The notes under the pieces are model-generated. The model saw only the letters and a program-made list of their open reading frames with translations. It did not search any database and was not told where the DNA came from. 64,000 nucleotides of DNA, taken from the NCBI GenBank assembly GCA_000004985.1, contig GG738845.1; one strand, given 5' to 3'. Below, piece after piece: positions 20,521 to 31,279 of the stretch; position 1 is the stretch's first letter, and every line of letters starts with the position of its first letter. The position numbers and the translations under genes were made by a program. The DNA comes from Naegleria gruberi (Eukaryota).

Positions 20521-23397
20521 TTATTGTTTGAGATCAGCATAATCTGGTACCTTAATCTCAAAAGATTTGGAAACTCCACACCCAAAAGTTTGCTCATATT
20601 CTTGGAGGGCATTGGGGAAGCTATTTGAAACATAACATCTCTGGCATAAATCCGTGCTTGTTGGTTCATGATGGAATCTTACCCCAATAATTGTTGTTTT
20701 GCAGCTGTCACATAAATACTCAAACACTATCAAGTTACTTTTGTCTAAGGTGGAATCTTTGTTAATGCAAAAATCACAATAAAACTTGAATTTTTCAACT
20801 TTGGATTGAAAAACAATTTGTGTAGAAATAGATCTTTTACACGTGTAACAAACTCCTACTTGAAGATCTTGATTTCTGTTATGAATAATTTTCAATTTTG
20901 TTCTCTTGGGGTTCTTGTTCACTATAATTAATTTTCTCTTTTTCTGGGAATATTCACCTAGTTGGGCAATTTGTTTCTTATCTTCAAGATTTGTTTCTAT
21001 TGGAAAGTCAGCTATATCTAATAGGTGCTTAGCTCGCTTAGATTCAAGAATTTGTTTGATTGGTTTAGGTTGAAAATCATTTACACTACTTAATTTGTTA
21101 TCTATTTTAGCACCATTCACATCACCAACAGAGAAAGGCAAAATCTCCTTGATATCATCAAGTCTTGATAATACATTTGTAGAATATTCCAAACAGTCTA
21201 CATCTCTACTTCGTAAGCAATTCTTGCAGTTACAGGCATCATTACATTTTGGGCATACCCAATTACAAACTCTTTTACAACCACAAAGAGTGAGCGCATA
21301 TCTATCCCATAAACATTGATTGCAGTAATTCAAATGACATTTAGAGCATTCAGAAAAAAGATAGTCCGACTTGTGAGTTTGACATTGATGACAAAATACC
21401 TCTGCATATGAATCTCTTTTCAACATTTGTAAATTGTTCCATGCTATTGTAGATATTGACACAGTGTTATTGGCATCTCTACTACAAAGAATCAACTTCT
21501 CTACATCAGACATATTGTTTACAGTAGGCCTATTTGAAAGGAGAGAAAATCTAAGGAATTCTTCTTTGGCTGTTTTAAAGTTGGCCTTTAGTTCTTCAAA
21601 GGTGATATGTTCCATAAGTTGAAGAGAGTCCTTATAAAGATATCCTCTTCCTTCCGCCACACAATCCATACATAAATCATAACCATCTTCAAATTCTTCA
21701 GCATGGAAGCATCTGTTAAAGATATCCCCTTTACAATGGTTACAATATCTCCTGTGCATTGAGCTGCGAGGTTCGGGAAGCTTTTTGGCAATGGTATCTT
21801 TGAAAGAGGGGGAATCTATTGATTCTTCGAATAAAATGTCATCAAAAACTCGAAGTAAAATTAAAAAATCATTGAAAAATCGTTTAGGGTCCTTTTCTAA
21901 ACTAATATTTTCTGAATTAAAAGCTTGTGCCTTTTTTGTATAGCTAATCATTGAATAGTACGTCACAGCTTTGATTCTATAAACTTGAGATTTTCCAAAT
22001 CGTCTGTATTCATCTAGAATCTCATAAGAATATGGAAGTGCTAGACATGAAAGTGTATTCCATGCTACTTTGATGCTTTTACCTCCCATATTCAATACCT
22101 GATGAGGAGAGCTTGGGGGAAGAAGTATGAGATCACCCCATTTTTGTTCGTACAAGTACACTGTAAATGGTGCTTTTGCTAAAATATGTATTGGCAAAAA
22201 GCAATTGTCATCATCTAAGAATGCACCGTTTTGTTGCCAAAATTTTCTAATCAAATCCAAATCTTCATACTTTAGAATGCACCATATTGCATGAGTTCTT
22301 TCATTATCAGCGTAAACCATAATGTTATGACCAAGGGCTCCACACACATCTTTGTGAGCAGGAGTGAATGTTTCACTATTACCAACATATATCATTAAAT
22401 TAATTGATTGTACTTTTCTTTCTGTATTGGCCAACAAATCTCTTCCACCTTTGTATTTGAATCTTTCAGGAAATCTTGGATTTTTAAATAAATATTCATG
22501 CCATTCGTCAGGACATCTAATATCTTTTCCATATAAGATTCTACGATCTGGAGCACGGATATTCTTGTCACTTTGTACAAAGTCTATATATTCCTTAAGA
22601 GACATACTTTCATCATCAAATGTCATGTTGTCTCTAGGTGATGTTTCGTATGATCCACAAACATCACGCAAATAATTCAAATGAAACAATGACATTTGTT
22701 TTTTCAAATACTGATCAATAAATGATTTCTTATCTGTTTCTAAGATAGACAAGTCCCTTTCCATGGCACCTTCAGCAAGTGCATGAAGGGCATTTGTTAG
22801 TACAATTGGTTTTCCCAATTTGTATAAATATAAATCTATAATATCATCGGTTGCCTCACTAAAATCAATTGTTTCTACTTGCTCGAAATTACTACACCCC
22901 AACTCTAACCATTGTTGAACACTTTTTGCCTTGTCAATGGTTTCCGTAATAGTCTCATCAAAGTTAAAGTCTAGTTTGACTTTATCAACACCTTTTCCGC
23001 ACATTCCTACTGGCTGGTTGTTGTCTTTTGTTACTTTCCTGCTTCCTTTTTTAGGTCCTCTCTTTTTTGCTTCCGTTGGTGGTGCTAAAACTTCTTCCAA
23101 TTCCTTCCTAGTTTTAGATCTTGTTTTTTGGACAATTAATTCTTCAGCATCAAAATCCTCCAAATCATAATCATCCTTTTTTGTTTGTTTTGCTGTTTTT
23201 TGTGTAGAACCTCTTCTGTACGCAAAATATCTTTTGTAACAAGAGTCACAAGATATTCCCAACGTGATTTGTTCTCTTGGTACTGTAGGATTACTTTCTC
23301 GGTATAATTCAATATTTTCACTTTTCACTTTGCATTTTCTACCAAACAACGTTTCACTTTCTGCCTGTCCACAAACCGAGCAGCAAATAGAGGACAT
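20521..23397 (-). CDS. JmjC-domain protein of the KDM3/JMJD1 type with several ZZ/C4-type zinc fingers C-terminal to the JmjC domain
   Basis: JmjC core (TPAHKDVCGALGHNIMVYA...KWGDLILLPPSSPHQVLNMGGKSIKVAWN) followed by CxxC...CxxC clusters. The start is set at the internal Met MSSICCSVCG, because the track ORF start overlaps the DRC1 gene. Confidence 0.75.
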   Translation of the reverse strand: MSSICCSVCGQAESETLFGRKCKVKSENIELYRESNPTVPREQITLGISCDSCYKRYFAYRRGSTQKTAKQTKKDDYDLEDFDAEELIVQKTRSKTRKELEEVLAPPTEAKKRGPKKGSRKVTKDNNQPVGMCGKGVDKVKLDFNFDETITETIDKAKSVQQWLELGCSNFEQVETIDFSEATDDIIDLYLYKLGKPIVLTNALHALAEGAMERDLSILETDKKSFIDQYLKKQMSLFHLNYLRDVCGSYETSPRDNMTFDDESMSLKEYIDFVQSDKNIRAPDRRILYGKDIRCPDEWHEYLFKNPRFPERFKYKGGRDLLANTERKVQSINLMIYVGNSETFTPAHKDVCGALGHNIMVYADNERTHAIWCILKYEDLDLIRKFWQQNGAFLDDDNCFLPIHILAKAPFTVYLYEQKWGDLILLPPSSPHQVLNMGGKSIKVAWNTLSCLALPYSYEILDEYRRFGKSQVYRIKAVTYYSMISYTKKAQAFNSENISLEKDPKRFFNDFLILLRVFDDILFEESIDSPSFKDTIAKKLPEPRSSMHRRYCNHCKGDIFNRCFHAEEFEDGYDLCMDCVAEGRGYLYKDSLQLMEHITFEELKANFKTAKEEFLRFSLLSNRPTVNNMSDVEKLILCSRDANNTVSISTIAWNNLQMLKRDSYAEVFCHQCQTHKSDYLFSECSKCHLNYCNQCLWDRYALTLCGCKRVCNWVCPKCNDACNCKNCLRSRDVDCLEYSTNVLSRLDDIKEILPFSVGDVNGAKIDNKLSSVNDFQPKPIKQILESKRAKHLLDIADFPIETNLEDKKQIAQLGEYSQKKRKLIIVNKNPKRTKLKIIHNRNQDLQVGVCYTCKRSISTQIVFQSKVEKFKFYCDFCINKDSTLDKSNLIVFEYLCDSCKTTIIGVRFHHEPTSTDLCQRCYVSNSFPNALQEYEQTFGCGVSKSFEIKVPDYADLKQ

Positions 23398-23464
23398 AAT
23401 GGTATTTTTTTTTGATGTCTTAAAGCATCTGCCGCCAATGAAAAGTAAAATTCTACAATAAAAA

Positions 23465-25498
23465 ATGCCATCATCACGATCAGAAACCCCAACGGCAGAA
23501 CTAGAACCGACTGCAGATAGTGGTACAACGTTGGGCAATAATGACCATTTGTCTAGTGAAGAAATAACAAATACTGAATCTAATACAACAAAAGAAAAAA
23601 CAGTAATACAAGAAGACATCATTACCCCAACGGTAATAAAGGACTCGGTCTCTCAAATTGAGGAATCAATTTCTTCTATTAAAGTAAAAATAAGGGATGG
23701 ATCTAAACAAGTAACAAATGTCAAAATAGAAAGTGATATGGAAGAGAATAAGAGAAGACTAAAATATGATGTAAAAAAGGAAGAAATTCAACAAAAATTA
23801 AAAAGTGAGGCAATTGTAAGCGCAAAAAAGAATGCAGCTATTCAAATGAAATGGCCTTCATTATTTGAAAAGAAAAATCATCAAGCTTTAATGGATAAAA
23901 TCAGAGAGCAAGAGGAAATGTGTAAAAAAGTAATTGAGAGCAAAAATTCTCTTGTGATGGAATTATCAAATGAATTGAAAGCTAGAGATGAGGAGTATGT
24001 GAGAGCGCTTAAAAAACAAGCAAAGGATCTTGATACATTAATTGAAAGAATGAACAACCAAGTTAGAGAACTAACAGATCAATATAACCTTCAGCTAGAA
24101 AGAATTGAAACCTCATTTGAGAAAGAGAGAAAAGAAATGTTAAAGAAAAATCTTTCAGAGTTTGAAGGTATTGCTGAAGAGAGAAGCAAAAAAGAAGAAA
24201 ATTATGCACTTGGAAGAATTCAAAAAGTGGATGAGTATGAACAACAACTGAAGGTATTGGCAGACCAAGAAATGGAAAAGTATGCTAAAAAAAAGAAAGA
24301 TCTGCTGGACGAAATACACGAATATGAACAAGAAATTGACTCAATAAGGGGTGAATATCAGTTGATGGCGCAAAAACTTGAATACTATTTTGAAGTTCTT
24401 GTTGATAGAGTAGAGGATAACAAAGTAGCAGTGAGAAACAACAAGGGGATAATGGCAAAGTTGCAAGACCAATTAAGTGGAATTAAAGCTAAATATATTA
24501 GAGATGATAATAAGTATAAGGCAGAAAATAATGAAACAAGTGAACAATTCAAACGAATGAGTATACAGTACAAAGATTTGTTGCAAAAATTTAAATACTT
24601 TGAAGAAGCTGATACTAAGAAATACAGGGATATTTGGAAAATGAACCAAGAAATTGTAGAGGATTTGGCTGAAAAGTTAAAAAAAGCAGATGAAATAATA
24701 ACAACTCAACAATTAGGATTAAGATGGATCCCCCCTGAAGAAGAAACCAAAACAAATCAAGAAAAGGAAACTTTATTCTTGCAAGACACCACAAATAATT
24801 CAAATTTAGAGGCTTCTTTTTCAGAGTCTATTAGTGAATCTTCAAAGGAAACCGTAACAAATCCCAACTCTCCAGCAACAGAAACTGTTAGAGTTATTTT
24901 TGAATCTCTCTGTGATAGTGCTGGATTTCTTGTAGAAGAAAAAGTTGAGAAAATATTGTCTAAGCTGACAATGGAAGAATCAAAAATACTGAAAGTGGAC
25001 AATATTTTGAGAGTATTGGGGATAGATACACCCGAGGAAGCAACAAAGATGGTAAATTTTTTCCAAAGAGCAATTGAAGAAGAAAAAGGAACAGACTCAG
25101 AGCTGACAGTAGACAATATCTCCACAGAAATGATAATTAAAATATTGAGAAAGTTTGTGGAAGAGCAAAACAAGAAAGCTATTATGGAACAAAACGAAAC
25201 AGGACGAAAGAAAAAGGTGTTGTCAACTGTAGAGAAAGCTAAAGATAGAAAAAGAAAAGAAGAAAGAGAGTTTTGGAAGATAACTGCTCAAGTCATCCCA
25301 GAATCAAGATATAAAGTGTGGGGAGCCTTAGAAAGGGGATTAGAAAAATATGGAGAATCTCTTGCCAAAAGAGAAAAACTCATTACAGAAACTGAAATGA
25401 TCAGAAAACAGAATAATGAGTTGAGAGATTTGCTGAATCAATACATGCAACAAAAGATCAATGAGGAGCTTTTGGTTCCAGCTCAAAAATTATTTTAA
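23465..25498 (+). CDS. DRC1: Dynein regulatory complex subunit 1 (DRC1/CCDC164), an axonemal nexin-DRC component
   Basis: Long colinear similarity to DRC1, for example LVMELSNELKARDEEYVRALKKQAKDLDTLIERMNNQV and KKYRDIWKMNQEIVEDLAEKL...QQLGLRW. 677-aa coiled-coil protein. Confidence 0.8.
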   Translation: MPSSRSETPTAELEPTADSGTTLGNNDHLSSEEITNTESNTTKEKTVIQEDIITPTVIKDSVSQIEESISSIKVKIRDGSKQVTNVKIESDMEENKRRLKYDVKKEEIQQKLKSEAIVSAKKNAAIQMKWPSLFEKKNHQALMDKIREQEEMCKKVIESKNSLVMELSNELKARDEEYVRALKKQAKDLDTLIERMNNQVRELTDQYNLQLERIETSFEKERKEMLKKNLSEFEGIAEERSKKEENYALGRIQKVDEYEQQLKVLADQEMEKYAKKKKDLLDEIHEYEQEIDSIRGEYQLMAQKLEYYFEVLVDRVEDNKVAVRNNKGIMAKLQDQLSGIKAKYIRDDNKYKAENNETSEQFKRMSIQYKDLLQKFKYFEEADTKKYRDIWKMNQEIVEDLAEKLKKADEIITTQQLGLRWIPPEEETKTNQEKETLFLQDTTNNSNLEASFSESISESSKETVTNPNSPATETVRVIFESLCDSAGFLVEEKVEKILSKLTMEESKILKVDNILRVLGIDTPEEATKMVNFFQRAIEEEKGTDSELTVDNISTEMIIKILRKFVEEQNKKAIMEQNETGRKKKVLSTVEKAKDRKRKEEREFWKITAQVIPESRYKVWGALERGLEKYGESLAKREKLITETEMIRKQNNELRDLLNQYMQQKINEELLVPAQKLF

Positions 25499-25614
25499 CT
25501 TATTTGTAAATAACTTAATTCTATTATTTAATCACAATAGGTGACTTTTTCCTTCCTAAGATTTAAACAATAATTCCAGATTCTGTACCAATTAATTTTG
25601 ATAATTGTTTTCAA

Positions 25615-28600
25615 TTATTTTTTTTCTTCCTTCCACAAACCATTAGGTGTTAAAATAGGAATATTATTTGAAGTGGTATCAATCGGAATGTTTGTGTAGT
25701 CTGTATGGTGTCGGCTCATGTTTGGATCAAATCCCATTTTCTTCATCATTTCACGTTCTTGCATTATTTCTATAGGTGTTCTTGGTCTTGAAGAAGCATC
25801 GGTTCTTGTATTATTAATATGATTAGTAAACTGTTGTTGTACTTTTAATTGTTGTTGGTGGTATTTTTCTTGTATTTCATCAAGAGCCATTCTAGCATTT
25901 ACCAATGCTTGTGCTAGAATTTGTGGATCTTTCTCCTCCTTTGATGATTCAATTTCTTGTCTTGCAGAAAGTTTTATCATATCTCCCCACATTACTCCAC
26001 TTTCATCTTGCCAAGTAAATAATTTTGAAAACTTTAAAACTTCCTTGTATAATTTCAAAGTTTCCATCCTCCGAAAATTATCATTTAACAATCTCATTTT
26101 AAAAGTTGCATCATACTTTGGCATACGAGAGAAAAGACCAGACATTTTTTTTATTTGATTTTCTCCTTGCCAGGAAGTACTTGATTCTTTTTCACAAGTT
26201 TCTTCCTTCCAACACTATTTTCTGATTCTATCATCATCGTTTGAATGGAAATTAAATGATTAATATTTCTTAATATTGCATCTCTTAGAGAAGTATCTAT
26301 AGAAATGTTAGGAATTCTATCTAGACTTTTAACAACTGTTAACTTATCTTCAGATAACTGATCAATGAGAGACATAGTTAATCTGTTCACGGCTCTAACT
26401 CTTTCTGCTGTTCTTTTTAATTTTCTGGTTAGATAATTAACATTCTCTTCGTGGTTTTTTTCAATGAATGAAATATATTGATTGACCAATAGTTTACAGC
26501 AGTACTCAACAATAAACCCTCGAACATCTTCGGTTATGTAATGTCCAGAAAAATGGCTTAATCCATTAAGGATGCTAGAATAAGTTTCGTTCAAAATGCT
26601 CTTTTTTTCAACTTTAACTGGAACAATTCTCCTCTTGTTTTTCTTATTTGGAGGTTGGGATTGCGAATAATACTGTCCGAACCAGCCTTCATTTTCTTGA
26701 AGAAAACCATCTAAAAGGGATGTTACCTCGAGAGATATCTTATTCAAATATAATTCCAGTAACTTTCCAACTTCTCGTTTCATTCCATTAAGAATTGATT
26801 TTAAAGCAAAGAGCATATTATTGGAGGTAATAGTATGGTTTCCTACTGTGTCTAGAGAACTTTGAAACCCATATTCCGTTAACAGTGTATCTCCCCTCAA
26901 CACTTGAACGAAGTGATTAACCAGCTCCATCAAAACAAAGGTATCTGAACTGAGTAGAATAACTTCCAATTTCTTTTCTTTTGGCAATTTCAATTCCAAG
27001 GTTTTAGAATGAATAAAGTTAAGAGTAATTTCAAAAACGCTGTTAATCTCAAATCTATAAGAAATAATCCACTCAATAAGAGAAGTATTATTAGAATATT
27101 GTTGAAGACAGGATTTGTCGTCAACCTTCCCTAAAGATCTTCTTAAATCATTCAGGCTTTGTTTGGTTGAAATATCTTTTTCTTTCTTTTTTGGAAATAT
27201 TTGAAATAGAAGATGATAAATGGAAGGGAAATCCTCTTCTCTTGCCATCAATGAATTGACATTCTCGTTACTCATATAATTAAATACGCATAGATATTTT
27301 ATACTCTAGAAGAAATATGTAAAATGTGAATAGTATCTTACTTACATTGTACAGATATCTAAATAATGTAGTATTGCATTGAGGGGTGTTATCTTTTCTT
27401 TCTTCAATTGTTGAAGAAAGATTCTCCTTGTAAGTTTGTCTTCTAGACAATCTAATACACTCATGTACGCAATGATGAATTGGCTTTGCAACAACTTCTC
27501 CAACTTTTGTAATAGTGAATGGTTCAATTTCTCCACTTGGATTTGTGTGTGTGTTTTCTCCATTAATAATCATGGTAATTCTGCTGTTTAAATATTCAAT
27601 ATAGAATATACTCAAAGAATCCACATTCTTTTCCTCTAAAAAAGGAAAAGAGGTTTCTCCCATCTGAATAAAACCGACTTTCATATCCTCAATTTGATTA
27701 AGTGTACTATTGAAATCGTGCAAGTCATCACTTGTTGCGCTGTTTACTCTATCACAATCCAATTTAAATATATCCTTGATAGAGTCGACATCATCTTCTG
27801 ATTCTTTTTTGGTAAAAGAATTGGAATGATTGGAGAAAGAGGAGGCGTTAATATTGGCGTTTCTCTGCTGATAATTTTTCCTGTTTTCCCCAAGAATTTG
27901 ATTGTGAAGACTACTATAATATGGATTCATTAGATGACGAAGAGCTCCGCATGTTGAAAATGGTAAAGTCATAGAGGAAAATAACTTCTCCTTAATATAC
28001 TCAGTAACTCTGGATATGAAAACAAATTCATCTGATAAAATACTTTCTAAATACTGTTTACACTCCGTCCAAGTCATTTGAACAATTTTGTGAACTCGAA
28101 TTCTCGAAGAATTTACAGTCTCAAAGCTGTTTGGTTTTTTAGCAAAGGTGAAGTATTCCTTTTCCTTATTTCTATTTAAAGAGTTTTCTATTCTGGGAGA
28201 TGCTAACCTGGGAGAAAATCCTTGAGCTATAAAACTGGTATCCAATGGGTTTGACGGATCCACATTATCTAGTATGGACATTCTTTTAACTGGAATTCGT
28301 CCTTCAAGGTTATAAATTCTTTCCAATCTTACATCTGCAGATGTTTTCATCAATTCTTGAGCTGTTATTACAAAAGATTCTAAACACAGTTCAATACTGT
28401 CGAACTTTTCACAAAATGAATCATAATCAGATGAGAGAGAATATGCGTTTGATCTTAACTTGTGAAACCATGAATCTAAAAAGTATTGTCTCAATCTATT
28501 TAGTAATTGAAGAAACTCAATTGATATATAGTTCATATTATTAATTCTATCAAGTATTTTGTCTAATTGCGATTTAAACAAATCACTTGAATATTCATGT

Positions 28601-28989
28601 ATTGTTTCATAATCAGAGAGCACCTTATTCCAACTCTTTAAAACGACAACCTTAGCAGTCTCGAACCATCTTATTAATTTTTCATCAAAAATCTTAGAAT
28701 AAATATTTTGTATCATAATTTGCTCCTTTCTCAAATCCTCCATGCTTTGAACATCCAATATCATGAACGCTAACACTTTCCAAGCCTTCTTCAAAGGTTT
28801 TGCAATTTCCGCACAAGAAGAAAAAAATACATCCAAGAATGACAAATCCAATTTCAACGATGATCCAACACTTGAATTATTGTATAATTTTTCCATTTCA
28901 AAGAATTTTTGTAGGGTTTTTAATAAATTCTTTTGGAACATTAGTGATATCCTGTCCCTCTCATATTTTTGAGGGAGATCGTTGTGCAT
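25615..28989 (-). CDS. Large hypothetical protein of at least 940 aa, assembled from track ORFs 27280..28989 and 26151..27275 through a 40-nt intron (27306-27345). ORF 25615..26145 may join through a 65-nt intron with a non-canonical GTACTT donor (26116-26180).
   Basis: The GTAAGT..TAG intron puts YN|SIKYLCVFNYMSNENV in frame. The third segment is in frame only with the non-canonical intron, otherwise it would be a separate gene with a 4-nt spacer. No domain identified. Confidence 0.5.
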
Positions 28990-29080
28990 TTTTTAACGTG
29001 TATTTTTTGAAAGTTGTACAAAATTGGCGGGATATTACGAAAGCCCAAAAGGGCTGTAAGGAAAATTAACATTTAAAAAA

Positions 29081-29566
29081 ATGTCAGTATATGTTGATGA
29101 GGATAGACTGGATCAAGGAACAATTTCATCCCAAGCTACTGTTAATGTCGCAAACAATATTGAGATCGATAATAAGATTGTTTCATATCAAGAAAAACGA
29201 GACACAATAATTTCAAAGATATTGTTCGCTCTCGGATTCTTCTTGCCTGCTATTTGGCTGATTAGTTTGGTATGGGCTAGAAAAACTAAATATAGAGAAG
29301 TATATAGATGGAGAAGATATTCTATCATTGCATTTTCATTGTTGGTGATAGTTCTCTTTTGTGTTGGTTGGATTGCTATCATTGTATTCTCCTTAATTCC
29401 ATATCCTGACCCAAGTAAATTTAATGATGTAATGGTTAAGTCAATGTACTTATATCCTGGGGAATTGATAGCAATAATTTGGGGATTTTTAATTCTTGGG
29501 GTGGTTAGTTATGAGTTTATTAAGGAAATGTATTGGAAAATTAAGAAACTCAAACAAAGAAAATAA
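29081..29566 (+). CDS. Small hypothetical membrane protein, 161 aa, with 3-4 predicted transmembrane helices
   Basis: ORF with an A-run before the ATG and hydrophobic segments (ILFALGFFLPAIWLISLVW; IIAFSLLVIVLFCVGWIAIIVFSLI). Confidence 0.45.
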   Translation: MSVYVDEDRLDQGTISSQATVNVANNIEIDNKIVSYQEKRDTIISKILFALGFFLPAIWLISLVWARKTKYREVYRWRRYSIIAFSLLVIVLFCVGWIAIIVFSLIPYPDPSKFNDVMVKSMYLYPGELIAIIWGFLILGVVSYEFIKEMYWKIKKLKQRK

Positions 29567-29734
29567 AACATTTATTTTTCTTTTTAAATTTTACCAACAT
29601 GGAATACTAATTCTTGTAATTAATATGGAGGTTTTTCTATTAAAATGTAAATTAAATTTTAAATTAAAATATCAATAAGAATTGCGTTATTAGGATCCTA
29701 GAAATTAGTCCTTTTACTCCACAATCTAAAATTA

Positions 29735-30046
29735 TTACCAAGAAGAAAATGAATGTAGATTTGAATAATAATTTGAAACAACCATCCTAAGAAATTCATT
29801 GTTATTTTCGTAGTAAACAGGCACAAGAGCATTTTGCCTTCTATTGATAGTGTTTTTGTAGTTTAGGGATTGTGGATGTTGTCGGAAGTTTTGATGATTG
29901 TATCCACGTTGAGAATGAACTGCTGGCATTGGTTGATGCTCTGGAACAAGATGATGTATAAGATTTGACAATCGTCTAATCACGTTAGCAGATTGGTGTG
30001 CTCGTGGAAACATACTCAAAGAAACCCTGTCAATGTCTTGCTGCAT
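29735..30046 (-). CDS. Small hypothetical protein, 103 aa
   Basis: Occupies the only free slot between flanking genes. No similarity recognised. Confidence 0.3.
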   Translation of the reverse strand: MQQDIDRVSLSMFPRAHQSANVIRRLSNLIHHLVPEHQPMPAVHSQRGYNHQNFRQHPQSLNYKNTINRRQNALVPVYYENNNEFLRMVVSNYYSNLHSFSSW

Positions 30047-30152
30047 TTTTTAATGTTGTGTTTCCTCTAAACTTTATGAACAACAGCAAAAAAATCGCGC
30101 CAAACATTAACGTTTCCCACTAAAAAAAACTACAGATTTAAGCAACTATTAA

Positions 30153-31220
30153 ATGATGAGAATTGCGATTAAAATTGAAGAAAATAATCCCAAAGAATGG
30201 TACACAAGTTATATTGTCAGAGTTCCAGAAATTAATTCGCTGGCAACAAAGGAATTATTGTGGAACCAATTATGTACATATATAAAAGATATTGAAAGGG
30301 ACGCAATAAGGAGACAGATAGGAGAGCAAATAATTTCGGAAACTGAAGTAAGTAGGTTGTAGATAATTGGAACTTATTAATACAATCTAAATTAAAGGAA
30401 CTACACAATGAATTAAAAAGTTTAATAGAAATTCTATTTGATTACCGTGGAGAAACACAGCAACAAGAAAGACAAGTTGAGTGGGCAAGGATGTCATTCA
30501 AGGGTGATACTATATTCAAACAGGTTAAATTAAACATTCAATCCCTAACTGAAATGCTTAAAAAAGTAAGTTGATTTTGTCATTTCAAGATCTCATCTTC
30601 AAAGCAACACGATAAGCTTTTTGAATCGGAAAGGGATAAAGAAATAGGTTTGTTTCTGAAGATTTTTCTATCTCTAAAATTGTTCAGTATCATTTGTTCT
30701 TAATAATTCAAAACCACCATCGAGACCAGAAACACCAAGACCATCCTCCAGACAATCTTCAAATTCCAGTGATGGTTCTGGATCATCTTCAACATTTTCT
30801 GCTGGGTTAGAAATGAAAGAAGTGGAAAAACATTTAAATTTCATTTCAGTGCACGAAGTATTGACAAATATCCGAGAGGCCATGCATTTTGAAAAGGATA
30901 TTTTGAATGAAGATATTGAGTATATAAGAGAATTAATTGATGAGGAATTTTCATTTAACAAATCTTTATGTGACTACAAAGTTCCAAGCTTTTCCGAAGT
31001 AAAACAAGTGGAAAACAAACTACAAGAGAATTTGAGGAATGTTTCAATTACCTCACAGACTGAAAAGAAAAGAGAACTTAAACCACTCTCCAAAGCAGAA
31101 CCTCCAACAAGACCAAAAACACCAATTTTAATATCTAATAATTTGAAAAAAACATCAAGCAGAACAGTAACAAGGCTGCGGAATGCAATAAGACAAAGCA
31201 AAGATCTGTCTATTGAATAA
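30153..31220 (+). CDS. Multi-exon hypothetical gene with a coiled-coil, S/P-rich product. Exon 1 is 30153-30356; intron 30357-30397; exon 2 is 30398-30565; intron 2 starts at the GTAAGT at 30566; the last exon opens by about 30678 and runs to 31220.
   Basis: GTAAGT donors at 30357 and 30566. The acceptor of intron 2 could not be placed in frame, so there may be an extra exon or a sequencing error. Confidence 0.4.
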
Positions 31221-31279
31221 AAATAAAATTAAAAAATAAGATAAAAAAAAATTCATCACAAACAATTACTGTGAGCATA

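Noticed and set aside
23398-23622. N-terminal 75-codon extension of the JmjC gene overlapping the DRC1 gene
   Set aside because: The extension is hydrophobic junk with no ATG context. The Met at 23397 has an A-run and is followed immediately by a Cys-rich zinc finger.
30674-31201. Minus-strand ORFs 30674..30961 and 30974..31201
   Set aside because: They are antisense to the last exon of the 30153-31220 gene, which has consistent intron signals and an A-rich start context. They are probably spurious.
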